In this document: piece after piece, positions 13,726 through 25,514 of the stretch
How the letters are laid out: each line of letters starts with the position of its first letter
How positions within the stretch are numbered: the stretch's first letter is position 1
Assembly: GCF_963921235.1 (NCBI RefSeq)
Contig: NC_086097.1
Coordinates: 116,190,001-116,254,000, forward strand
Source: Mobula hypostoma
Lineage: Eukaryota
Direction: 5' to 3'
Length of the DNA stretch: 64,000 nt
Notes under the pieces: generated by a model
The model's database searches: none
What the model was told of the DNA's origin: nothing
The model's input: only the letters and a program-made list of their open reading frames with translations
Position numbers and translations under genes: made by a program

Positions 13726-14284
13726 TACTCCCTAGCCACTTTATTAGGTATCTCCTGTACCTAATAAAATGACCACTGAGCATATATTTGCTGCTGTACC
13801 CCATATCCACTTCAAGGTTCGACTTGTTGTGCATTCAGAGATGCTCTTCTATACACTATTGTAATCCATGGTTACTTGAGTCACTGTCGCCCTCCTGTCA
13901 GCTTGACCCTGTCTGCCAATATCCTGGGACCTCTTTCCATATCAAAACGTTTTCACCCACAGAACTGCAATTCAATGGATTTTTTTTTTGTTTCTCGCAC
14001 CATTCTCTATAAACTATAAAAACTGTTGTGCGTGAAAATCCAAGGAGATCAGCAGTTTCTGAGATACTCAAACCACCCCATCTGGCACCAACAATCATTC
14101 CACTCTCAAAGTCACTGAGATCACGTTTCTTCACTATTCTGATGCTTGGTCTGAACAACAACTGGACCTCTTGACCTTGTGTGCATGCTTTTATGCATTG
14201 AGTTGCTGCCACATGATTGGCTAATTAGATATTTGCATTAACATGCAGCTTGTCAGATGTACTAAATAAAGTGGCCATTCAGTG
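13726..14284 (-). mobile_element. Tc1-type non-autonomous element with both termini
   Basis: ORF 13898-14212 DLSDFESGMIVGARWGGLSISETADLLGFSRTTV is a Tc1 HTH; TIR motifs at both ends. Confidence 0.88.
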
Positions 14285-14519
14285 CAGAAACTTGATTATA
14301 GGGAGAGATGGAATGAAAAGATATGCTATAATTTCCCACTGATTAGTAATAGAACACCTCCACCTCTTTTACATCCCTCACTATCATATTGAAACATCCA
14401 AATCATGGACTATGGCGATGCCAGTCCTGTCCTTCTCACAACCAAATTTCTGTAAGGACTTTAAATTATTTTGCCTTTCCTTAAAATAAATATACTTCAA
14501 ATCATCAGCACCACTATGT

Positions 14520-15228
14520 TCAATAACCTGACCAATAACCTGCCCTAACTGTTCTTCCTATTAGATTTACTCCACTTGACTTCTATCATCTCCTCAATCC
14601 ACTGATTTATGTACTGGATCCAATTGCCCTGTCATACTAGTTTAAACCCACCCCCCTGAGTAGGACTAGCAAATCTCCCTGCATGGATATTGGTGCTCCT
14701 TCAGTTCAGGTGTAACCTTTACCTCATGTGCAGGTCCCACCTGTACGGGGAGTGAAACCAATGTTTCGTCATACCTGAAGCCCTCTCTCCGACAACAAGT
14801 CTTGAGCCATACATTCAACTGTATTATTTGCTAGTTTCTTCCTTTGCTAGCATGTGACACAGGGAGTAATCATGAGATTGTAACCCTAATTTGTAACTTT
14901 CTCCCTAAATCCCCTTTACAGGATCACTTTCCCTCCTCCTGCCTATGTAGTTAGTACAATTATGGGCCATAGCCTCAGTCTACTCATCCTGCTATTTCAC
15001 AATATCATGTGCCCACTCAGAGACATCTTTGACTCTGGTACTCAGGAGGCAACACTCCATTCAAGAGGCTTATTTGTGACAACAAAAAACCCAACGGTGC
15101 CCTGACAATGGAGTCTCTTGTCAATACAGCTTGCATGCACTTGAGACGTCCCCACTGTTCAACAGAGGCGGTCATGCTCCTACTGAATTGGTTCCTGCTG
15201 TTGCTTTTGCCTGAGTGGCCGTTCCCCA
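14520..15228 (-). mobile_element. CR1 ORF1 (esterase-like) region, degraded
   Basis: AVLTRDSIVR resembles the SGNH-type GDSIVR block of CR1 ORF1; adjacent sequence fits the CR1 ORF1-ORF2 region. Confidence 0.65.
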
Positions 15229-15536
15229 TTATGTTTTTTAACTCCCAAAACTAATTGAAAGGAAAACACGGACTGGCCATAAATATATCTACATCGTTTT
15301 TACTTTTAGTGAGGCATACACTTGTGATGTGGTGGCATAATTGCATATGCTATTCATAATTTGTACATACGTTGTGTAATAAATTATATAAATGAACAAA
15401 GACTACTGAATCAAACAATACATTTACAATAGTATTCAAGTACTACTGAAATATTAAATACACAACACCCCACCCTGCTTACCTAAAAACGCCAACTCAA
15501 TACAGAATGCATCTCAACTCAAATAGATAACTTATT

Positions 15537-15539
<3 letters not shown>

Positions 15540-15605
<66 letters not shown>
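15540..15605. repeat. (CA)n microsatellite
   Basis: Seen directly; one GA interruption. Confidence 0.97.
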
Positions 15606-15608
<3 letters not shown>

Positions 15609-17000
15609 TATATAATACAACTACTTTATAATCACAGCATAGTAAATTTTAAATTGCCCCATTCAGACCAAAATACAAACATTTGTATTTAATCGCTATA
15701 GATAATTTGTTATTCTTGTGGGAGAACACCTTTCCTGACAAGGGAAGGCAGGTGAGATTGTTCCACAGCCACAAATCTCAGGTTCTGGGGCCTCCTCCAT
15801 GGTGGTTGTAGAATTTGACTCTGGGACTGCAGGAAGTGGTTCTGACAGCTCTGGACACCTTTCTTCCGGACATGATGTCATCCCAAACAATGCATGGCAA
15901 GCAGCTCGATCTGCTGATCTGTCCCCAAGCCAATGCTTTCAATTTGACCACAGCTAGACGACTGGCATATACAGCTTCTTCAACAATATAGCTGCAGCTT
16001 GGATGGTACAGCTCTCAACCCTCACATAAGGCAACCTCCATTAAGGGCAAATTCATCCCAGTGCTGGTGAAAATGGTGGAAATTGAGCTTCTGCTGAACA
16101 TTCCATCCATTAGGGTGGCCATGTAGACCTGAGACAGTGTGGGGTCTTTTTTTGGTTTCCTTTTGGATCATCTCTGCCGTGATAGGGAGATTTTTGATTT
16201 GAATTTGGGAGAATATATCCAGAGGAGTGTCCTCTTTTGTAAATTTTTCAGTTATTTCCATTTCCAGAGTTAAACGGAACAATCCACCAACATTTCCAAG
16301 ATTAGTCGTCCTCTTGAATTTGATCTTGTAAATGCGTCCTCCAAGAAACAGAGCTCATCTCTGCATTTGTGCTGTTGCTGTTAGTGGAATATCTTTCTGC
16401 GAATTGAAATTGGACACCAGTGGTTCATGATCAGTATTGAGGATAAACTCTCTCCCATACAATTACTAATTGAAACATTTTACAGCCTAAAACAGACTTA
16501 AGGCCTCTCTGTCCATCTGTGTGTAATTTTTCTTGGCAGCGGTAAGGGAATGTGATGCAAAGTCAATGGAGTGTTCACTTCCATCACTCATACATTTGAC
16601 ATGACTGCACCTATATCATAAGGTGTCACAGTTAGGCTTCACTGGATGATGTGGGTCATAATGTGGAGTACAGTGTCTGATGCCACCATGTGCTTTGCCT
16701 TTTGGAAAGCCAGGTCACAGAGTTTTGTCCATTGTCATTCTTTCCTGATCTCTAGTAATGAGTTTAAGGGGTGGAGAACAGTAGTCAAGTTTGGCAGGAA
16801 CCGGTTATCGTAACTGACAAATCCTAAAAAGGACCACTACTGTGACCTTCAGCCTTAGGGCATCCACCACTGCTTAAATATTCTCAGTGCGCATTTCTAA
16901 AACTTGTGCATCAATGGTGTGACCACAGTAAGTGATTATTGATCCAAAGAATTCATACTTGTTGAGTCATGCTCTGAATCCATAACCTTCTAATCTTTTT

Positions 17001-18009
17001 CAAAGTTTCCAGTTTCTAAGTGCAATTATTGTCAAAGGATGTATAAATTATACAACCTTGAGATTTGTTTGCTTCCAGATCCCCGCAAAGCAAGGAACCC
17101 AAAAGAACCCAATGAAAAAAATAAGACTAACCCCCAGTGCTCACAGAGAAAGAGAGAAAAAACATAAAACAAATCATATAAACAATAGAAGCAAACAACA
17201 ACAACAACAACAACATTCCAAGTGGAATTGAGTCCTTGGATCTAACACCCTCGGGTAACCCAGAGTAGACTCAAAGCCTTGGTATTCAATTTCTCACATT
17301 AGTGGGGCAAATTGCCAGAAAGTTCACAGACACAAAGCATAGAAGCTGATTGTAGTCTCACAGCCTCAGCTTTGTGGAGAGAGAAGCTCCCGGACTATCT
17401 TGGCTGGTGTTTAAATTGTCTGAACCTTGCACTAGGACCTGGCGCTGCCACCAGCAAATCGCCCTGGCCCTAGATTTTGCTGCCAAAGGAGCCATTCTCA
17501 ACTTCTCCAACTCGGCACAGCACCCACAGCAATCCAACCTTGCCTGACTCTTGACATCCTGCTTTTCCAGTCTATATGGGCTGGCACTTAAATAGTCCAA
17601 ACAGCTGATTGAACCTCATATTTGGACCCAACGATTCACTTCAGACCTGGATTTCGCTGCCAGATAAACCATTTTCAACCTCTCCGATTCAGGTTGGTAC
17701 TTGGAGTGATCCATCCATCTACTCGGGTTAGTTGGACGAGCATCGGAACTCCTCTGTCCTGTCTTCTCCACTCCGAGTTATTCACTCTAAGCACGGCTCC
17801 AAATCCAAATGTGTCAGTTTTGCAGCGCAGCAGCTGAGCACAGCCCATGATTTTGCTTTGCTTTAACTCACTTCTTCGTTGTTTGTGATGATAGTTTACC
17901 ATAATTTACTTCAAAAGCAGAGTCATTAATAATGGTTTTAATCAAATGCCTTTGCTTTTGAGCTACCAGTAAGCTGTCACTGCTTCGGTAGCGCCATCTT
18001 AAACTGGAA
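17001..18009 (-). mobile_element. Non-autonomous LINE-tailed element inserted in Gypsy RT
   Basis: Interrupts the Gypsy RT; minus-strand 5' end TTCCAGTTTAAGATGGCGCT; its 3' part resembles 45900-46100; contains (AAC)n at about 17195-17215. Confidence 0.6.
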
Positions 18010-18039
18010 ATTGTATCCACTTTTGAACATCGATCCACT

Positions 18040-18754
18040 TGTAACACCCTGGTTCACATTTTTACTGCTATGCTGTAGGTATTTAATTTTAGCAGTTCTG
18101 TAAGCAGTCTGTTCAGCATTCAGCTTGTTTGGGTTATCACGAAAGACAAGGCATGCTGAAGAATGTGTGTCATCCAGTTAGGATGGAGGAACTGGGCAAA
18201 GGTTCTAGAGAATGCTGGGGAAAGTGGTCTTGAGAGGAACACTAAGGTTGGTCTTGATCTTTGTTCGGCGGGAGATGAAGAGAGAAGATGCTAGAGGGAA
18301 CCCACTGTCGGATTCACTCCGGTGGGAAAACACGATTCAAAGGAGCCAAGGGATGGAATTCTGCTGAGGATCGGTGAATATGGCTTTAGAAAGATTTGGG
18401 ATCCAACCTGTGCACATTTGACTGCTTAATTATAACGGGCCCTTTTGACTTTTTCTTTCTTTATTAACTTTTTGGTTAAGATAACGTTGGCAGATATACT
18501 TCTTTATTCAATATGCAATCTGTTATTTCATGGTGGAGGGCTATTGCAGGGCAGTAAGTCACACAGCATTCACATGAACTGGCGTTTGGTGGGTGAGACA
18601 TCCCAACCCTATGGATTTAGCAGGACGAAAGTGATATACTCCCTAGACATACGAAGCCAGAGAAAGGTGTGTTCTCGCCGCGGACTCCAGTCACTGTTAG
18701 CGAGGGACTAACGAGACGCATTTCAGGAAACGCCAAGTCAAGGAGGGTTTCACA
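18040..18754. mobile_element. Probable solo LTR
   Basis: TGTAACACCCT...AGGGTTTCACA imperfect inverted termini; no clean TSD. Confidence 0.6.
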
Positions 18755-19047
18755 CTTTCTAACAGGATCTTGAGATTTTGGAGATGTTCCTTGTCATCCT
18801 CACTGGTAACAATGATGTCATCCAGGTAACACTGAGTGCCTGGGCAGCCTTGCAGTACCTTGTCCATAGCTTTCTGCCTGAGTGCAGGTGCAGGTGCAGA
18901 TGCTACTCCAAAAATAAGCCTATTATAGTGATAAAGCCCTTTGGGAGTGTTTATGTTGAGAAAAACTTTGGACTCTTCTTCCAACTCCATCTGTAGGTAG
19001 GCCTCAGCTGCTGTCTATCCACTTTGCCTCCAGAATGGTTTGCAAAG

Positions 19048-20518
19048 TGTTACATAACTGGCAACAATGAATATCAATGGAGACAGGTTACATAAAAACA
19101 ACCAAACATTTATTAAACAATAAAAAAAACAAACAAAAGTCTTAACTGGAAGTTAACCGCTATGCAGCCGTTCAACAAATCAACACTCGGCACTGGTTCT
19201 TAAAGCATTAAATGTGAAAACAGTTCTTAAAGCGGTAAAGTCAAATACAGTTCTTAAAATGGTAAATTCGAAAGTCCAACAGATTTATACGTTCAATTGG
19301 AAGAGACTTCTCTGGAGAAGGATTTCTTCACTGACGCGACTTTCCTGTTGCTTCTGTCCAAAGGATTCACGATGCAGGAAATAAACAGTTTAGATCAACT
19401 GACCTTAATTTCTTTTAGAGAAAGCAAATCCCGCATGAACTTCCTTTTCCTTTTGGCAAGAGTTATCTACGATGCAGATCGCTACTTCTTCAACGAAGAC
19501 TCAATAAGGTCGATCCTTTATTAAATTACCGAACATTCCTGACTTCTCTCAATCCTTCATCTCCTGTACTTCGATAAAGTCTTCACTCTCCAATGCTACT
19601 GGAAAAATGTATATCGACATATCTAGCAAAAGCTGCCAGTCCAGCACTATTGTACCTTGCCACAGAACGTAACACTCCATAGAACCATAGAACCATAGAA
19701 ACTACAGCACAGAAACAGGCCCTTTGGCCCTTCTTGGCTGTGCCGAACCATTTTCTGCCTAGTCCCACTGACCTGCACACGGACCATATCCCTCCATACA
19801 CCTCCCATCCATGTATCTGTCCAATTTATTCTTAAATGTTAAAAAAGAACCCGCATTTACCACCTCGTCTGGCAGCTCATTCCATACTCCCACCAATCTC
19901 TGTGTGAAGAAGCCCCTCCTAATGTTCCCTTTAAACTTTTCCCCCCTCACCCTTAACCCATGTCCTCTGGGTTTTTTCTCCCCTTGTCTCAGTGGAAAAA
20001 GCCTGCTTGCATTCACTCTATCTATACCCATCATAATTTTATATACCTCTATCAAATCTCCCCCCATTCTTCTACGCTCCAGGGAATAAAGTCCTAACGT
20101 ATTCAACATTTCTCTATAACTGATTTTCTCAAGTCCCGGCAACATCCTTGTAAACCTTCCCTGCACTCTTTCAACCTTATTTATATCCTTCCTGTCATTT
20201 GGTGACCAAAACTGAACACGATACTCCAGATTCGGCCTCACCAATGCTTTATATTCCATTTTAACTCCATTTTAAAAATGAAACTGCATCGTAAAAACAG
20301 TTACACAACAGAAACTGAGACAGACTAACGTTCTAGCTGGAAAACTAAAAACTAAACACTAACTGCGTCATCTGAGGTCTTCCCCTTGTATACTCGTGGT
20401 GAACATGTCCTCACGTGACCTCATATTAGCGGGAAAATTACATCAGGTGACCTCCAAAAGACCATTACTTCATTCTCACACAAAAAAAAAATCACAGATC
20501 TCCTTGAGGTATGTAACA
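19048..20518. mobile_element. Solo LTR in Gypsy RT, itself containing a CR1
   Basis: TGTTACATA...TATGTAACA termini with exact TSD AAAG; removing it restores RT PLPTVEDIFAN on the minus strand. Confidence 0.88.
19679..20192 (-). mobile_element. Young 5'-truncated CR1
   Basis: Open frame YKALVRPNLEY...KLDRYMDG; (ATAGAACC)n tail on the + strand. Confidence 0.95.
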
Positions 20519-21456
20519 AAAGATATCCTCTACTGTGGGAAGAGGGTATTGATCTACTGTCAGTACCTGGTTGATGGTGACTTAAAATCACCACAGATCC
20601 TAACAGACACTTTTTTCTTCAATACTGGGACCACTGGCTTTGCCCATGGGCTCTACTCCACCTTTGAAAGGAGTCCTTCAGCCTCAATGTAATCTAGATT
20701 ACTGGCTACCTTATGGATGATATGAGGAACCAGATGGCTTTGTAAAACTTGGCTGTGGCATCTTCACTTAGCACTATTTTACCATTGATATGTTTGAGTT
20801 TTCCAACGCCATCCTTGAACACTGCTGTGACATCACCCAGTATTTCAATCAAGTGGTAGTTGTCTCAGTAAATCATAGGCCCACAAACTCGACCCTCTTG
20901 TTTTTATCACATGGAGCTTGTTGGTAGTTGTAATTCACTGTTACACATATCATTCCCACAGGAGTTATCACCAGTCCAAGTTCTTGGATAGATCTCTGCA
21001 GTATCCTTGAAATACCATTCAAACGCATGTTTTTGGAATAAACCTGAACTAGCATCCGATTCCATTTTAATTTATTTTCCGGTCACTTCTGGTGTAAGCC
21101 ACATTGCTTGTCTCTTGTTAGTATTCACATTGTAAATATCAGGGCTGCTCAGTCCTGTATCGTTGACATTCTTCAGATTTTTCATCAACGACATGCAGGT
21201 TAGTGCTCTTTTTGAAACTGCGACTTGAATTTTCATCTTTTTTCTTCCCTGTGCATCCATTTATTTTTGTCTGTCCATCATGCTCTTTGTATATGCCCAA
21301 ATTTGTTTCATTTTCTGCGAGTTTCATCTTTGAATCTGCATTGGTCTGTTATATGTGAGCCAGTGCCACAACAGTAACAGAATTTGTTTGGCTGGGCAGG
21401 TTTCTGTTCAGGCATTACAGTTCCGTTCCTGCTCACTTTCATTGCTGACTGCAACC

Positions 21457-22193
21457 CCATGGATTTGACAGGACCAAAGTGATATACTCCCTAGACATAC
21501 GGAGGAGGAGAATATGGTGACACAAGGGCAGCGCGTGCAGCCTCTCCGGTGAATGATATCTGTAATCTGTCAAGTAGGGGACCATGCAGAATTCTGATTT
21601 GATGGAGATAGACATGAGAGTACGGAGGAACATCTGGAGAAACTTCTGAAATGCCCGCTTCGCTGCTGCTGCTACCGTGTGGTAACCGGAATCTGCGGTC
21701 CAGAAGGCCCCGAATCCTCTGCTTTGCTTGTTTCAGCGGCCGGGGTGAGGTCAAAGGCGCTTGGCAGAGGATGGCACTCGGGAGGCTGTATCGGAGGGGC
21801 TGGTTGGAGGCTCGAAGTTTTTGGATGGACGGACTCAATGTCGGCTGTGTCAGCTGCTTCCAAGGCTTCGGCAAATTGACAGTGCCTGGAGGTTTAAGGC
21901 AAGGAGTTTCTCTCTTTTGCCGCCTGCTATTGGGGACTCAGGAGTCGATCGACTCGGGGACTTTGAGATTTTTTTTACCACGCCCATGGTTTGTTCTTCA
22001 TCAAATTACACTATTGCTTTGCACTGCTATAACTATATGTTATAATTATGTGTTTCTGTCAGTGTTAGTCTTCGGTTTGTCCTGTTTTTCTGTGATATCA
22101 CTCTGGAGAAACATTGTATCATTTCTTAATGCATGTATGCATTTCTAAATGACAATAAAAGAGGACTGAGTGTTCTCATAATCTAAATCTAAA
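21457..22193 (+). mobile_element. CpG-rich non-autonomous retroposon inserted in Gypsy gag
   Basis: Host sequence resumes near 22195; 3' AATAAA followed by (AATCTA)n tail; no credible ORF. Confidence 0.7.
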
Positions 22194-22391
22194 AACTTGT
22201 TTGCATCTTTGTCTGCCGTTTCTATTGATACAGTGATTTAAACTGCTCTTTTAAATGTGAATTGTGCTTCAAATAAGAGCCATTTTTTGAAAGTTTTTTT
22301 GTAAGAATGGACAAAATTAAATGATCTCTCAGAGCATTGAACTGAATTAACAATGTTGAGACAATTTCTTCAATTCAGCCACGTACGCTGA

Positions 22392-23228
22392 AATAGAATG
22401 TAGAACATAGACCAGTACAGGCCCTTCAGCCCAAGATGTTGTGTCGACCCGTAAACCCTGCCTCCCATATAACCCTCCACCTTAAATTCCTCCATATATC
22501 TGTCCAGTAGTCTCTTAAATTTCACTAGTGTATCTGCCTCTGGCACTGACTCAGGCAGTGCATTCCATGCATCAACCACTCTCTGAGTTAAAACAACCTT
22601 CCTCTAATATCCCCCTTGAACTTCCCACCCCTTACCTTAAAGCCATGTCCTCTTGTATTGAGCAGTGATGCCCTGGGGAAGACGCACTGGCTGTCCACTC
22701 TATCTATTCCTCTTAATATCCTGTATACCTCTATTATGTCTCCTCTCATTCTCCTTCTCTTCAGAGAGTAAAACCCTAGCTCCCTTAATCTCTGATCCAT
22801 AATGCCTACTCTCTAAACCAGGCAGCATCCTGGTAAATCTCCTCTGTACCCTTTCCAATGCTTCAACCTCCTTCCTATAGTGAGGTGACCAGAACTGGAC
22901 ACAGTACTCCAGGTGTGGCCTAACCAGAGTTTTATAGAGCTGCATCATTACCCTGCGACTCTTAAACTCTATCCCTTGACTTATGAAAGCTAACACTCCA
23001 TAAGCTTTCTTAACTACCCTATCTACCTGTGAGGAAACTTTCAGGGATCTGTGGACATGTACCCCCAGATCCCTCTGCTCCTCCACACTTCCAAGTATCC
23101 TGCCATTTACTTTGTACTCTGCCTTGGAGTTTGTCCTTCCAAAGTGTACCACCTCACACTTCTCCGGGTTGAACTCCATCTGCCACTTCTCAGCCCACTT
23201 CTGCATCCTATCAATTTCTCTCTGCACT
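22392..23228 (-). mobile_element. CR1 3' fragment inserted in Gypsy gag
   Basis: ORFs 22700-23227 (WQMEFNPEKCEVVHFG...LVRPHLEYCVQFWSP), 22588-22800 and 22370-22579. Confidence 0.95.
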
Positions 23229-25184
23229 ATAAACTCCCCTTCCTTTTGATTCTACTAATGAAACCTAAATCATTCTACATTCAGCAATGGTTTCGGTTCT
23301 AAATATTCCTATGTTACTTTCACAATATCAGCAAAGCTCATTTTAGCTTGTTTGCTTGGAGTGGTCAAACTTCTAAGCAAACTGCATGCTTTTCCACCTA
23401 TCACACTCAGCAAAACTGGCACTCGTTTCTCATAGGCTCTTTCATTGGCTTTAAAATGCTGCTGAATTCATTCAGTCTAGATCAGCCATTTACCTTGTGT
23501 GCATATCAGATGTATCTATGTTTCTAATGTTGCCAGCTACTTCTGCTCTTTTCTAAAAATGTATTATTATCACCCAGTATTCATTCTTTCTGAATCCATG
23601 AATATCAACTGCTATTGGCTTTTTCAAACTGGAATGTTTTGCTGTGCTTCCACACTTACTTTTCTCCACTCTTGTCTTTTGTAACTTCAAAAACTAATTG
23701 AAAGAAAATCGCTGGACAAGGGCTATACATGTCTACTTTGTTTTAAATTTTTGTGAGGTGCATACTTATATGATGTAACGATGTATGCTATTCACATACT
23801 TTTACAGATAACCTGTAATGAATTACTTAAACAAACAAAGAATGTTTAATCAAACAATATTTTAAATATTACTCAATTATGGAAATAATTAAAACATAAC
23901 ATCTTTAATATTATCCAAAGGGATATATTCATTTTAAGATGAGATCAGCCACGCAAAACATCTTCACTACGTGGGTGCCCCTCCGAATGGCCACCCATCT
24001 ATATGGCTGAATCTTTAGTATGACCACATCTCTGAAATTCCTATTGTAATTGGACATACTTTCTGCATCTCAATTTTCAGGGACATCTGATTATTCCTGA
24101 CTTCCCTCAACACACAGAGATGAGTACTACTCTACTAACTGTTATTATTGTTCCTCTACTAACAATTGGATTGAAAGTAAAAGAAAGATCTTATCTTGCT
24201 TAGTAATGCTTGTCCTTCTCCCTGAAGTCCAGTATTCATCAAAACCTTCACCTTGGCCTGAACAGCATGTCCTCAGGCTCAATGCAGTCCTTCTCAAAAT
24301 AATTGCTCCTTCCAGGGCTTGCATTCATTTAATAAGCTGCCAGAAGGGAAAATTAATCTGTCTCATCAGCAACCCACCTTTTAAAACAGTTGCTGATGCT
24401 CATTCAACTTTGTTGCTCAACCAGCAGGCTGAAAGCAATTGCTTAACTGGCCCCTCCCTAGCTTTGTAATGATCAAAGTAGCCACCATCACTTTGGTGCC
24501 AAGAGGGAAACAGTAACCTGCCTTAATGGTTACCACCCAGTGGCCTTGACCTCAACAATAACTAAGCTCTTTGAATGGCTGGATATGGACCATATTAAAT
24601 GGTCCATTGGACCCTTTCCAATTTCCTTATTACTAAAATTGGACCACTGAAGGTACCATAGCCTCTGCACTCCACTCCGTCCTGTTCCATTTAGAAAAAC
24701 ATTAAAGATTGTCAAGGCGTTAGCAATGATCTTCCAAAAATCATTGGACTCTGGCATGGTGCCAGAGGACTGGAAAATAGCAAATGTCACTCCATTCTTT
24801 AAGAAAGGAGGAAGGCAGCAGAAAGGAAATTATAATCCAGTTAATCTGACCTCGGTGGTTGAGAAGATGTTGGAGTCAATTGTTAATGATGAGGTTATGG
24901 AGTACTTGTGACACAGGACAAGATAGAACTAAGTCAGCATGTTTTCCTCATGGAAAAAAAACTTACCTCACAAACCTGCTGGAATTCTCTGAGGAGATTA
25001 CAAGTAGGATAAATAAAGGGAATGCAGTGGATATTGTATATTTGGACTTTCAGAAGGCCTATGACAAGGTGCCACATACGAGGCTGCTTACCAAGTTAAG
25101 ATCCCATGGTATAACAGGAAAGTTACTGGCATGGTTAGAGCATTGGCTGACTGGTAGGAGACAGCAAGTGGGAATAAAAAGATC

Positions 25185-25413
25185 AAGCAACACACACCAA
25201 AGTTGCTGGTGAACGCAGCAGGCCAGGCAGCATCTGTAGGAAGAGGTGCAGTCGATGTTTCAGGCCGAGGCCCTTCGTTGAGTCCTGACAAAGGGTCTCG
25301 GCCTGAAACGTCGACTGCACCTCTTCCTACAGATGCTGCCTGGCCTGCTGCGTTCACCAGCAACTTTGATGTATGTTGCTTGAATTTCCAGCATCTGCAG
25401 AATTCCTGTTGTT
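25185..25413. mobile_element. Palindromic Penelope-end mini-element
   Basis: Inverted arms of about 90 nt matching the Penelope 3' end at 43157-43255; 16-bp TSD TGGGAATAAAA(A/G)GATC at 25169-25184 and 25414-25429. Confidence 0.9.
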
Positions 25414-25514
25414 TGGGAATAAAAGGATCCTTGTTTGGTTGGCTGCCAGCGACTAGTGGTGTTCTGCAGTGGTTAGTGTTGGGACCACTTCTTTTTATGC
25501 TGCATATCAATGAT

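Larger units (their letters stand above)
15232..23901 (-). mobile_element. Gypsy LTR retrotransposon, degraded, with nested insertions
   Basis: Diverged direct repeats at about 15232-15466 and 23674-23901 ending in ACA; polypurine tract (CCCCACCCT on + strand) next to the left LTR; minus-strand gag (VLLSVIGGKACSLLRSL), Zn-knuckle remnant near 21350-21390, RT (INTPKGLY...YLDDIIV) and RNase H remnants. Confidence 0.88.

Noticed and set aside
21491..22148. Several overlapping ORFs of up to 165 aa
   Set aside because: A by-product of high GC in a non-coding retroposon; no motifs.
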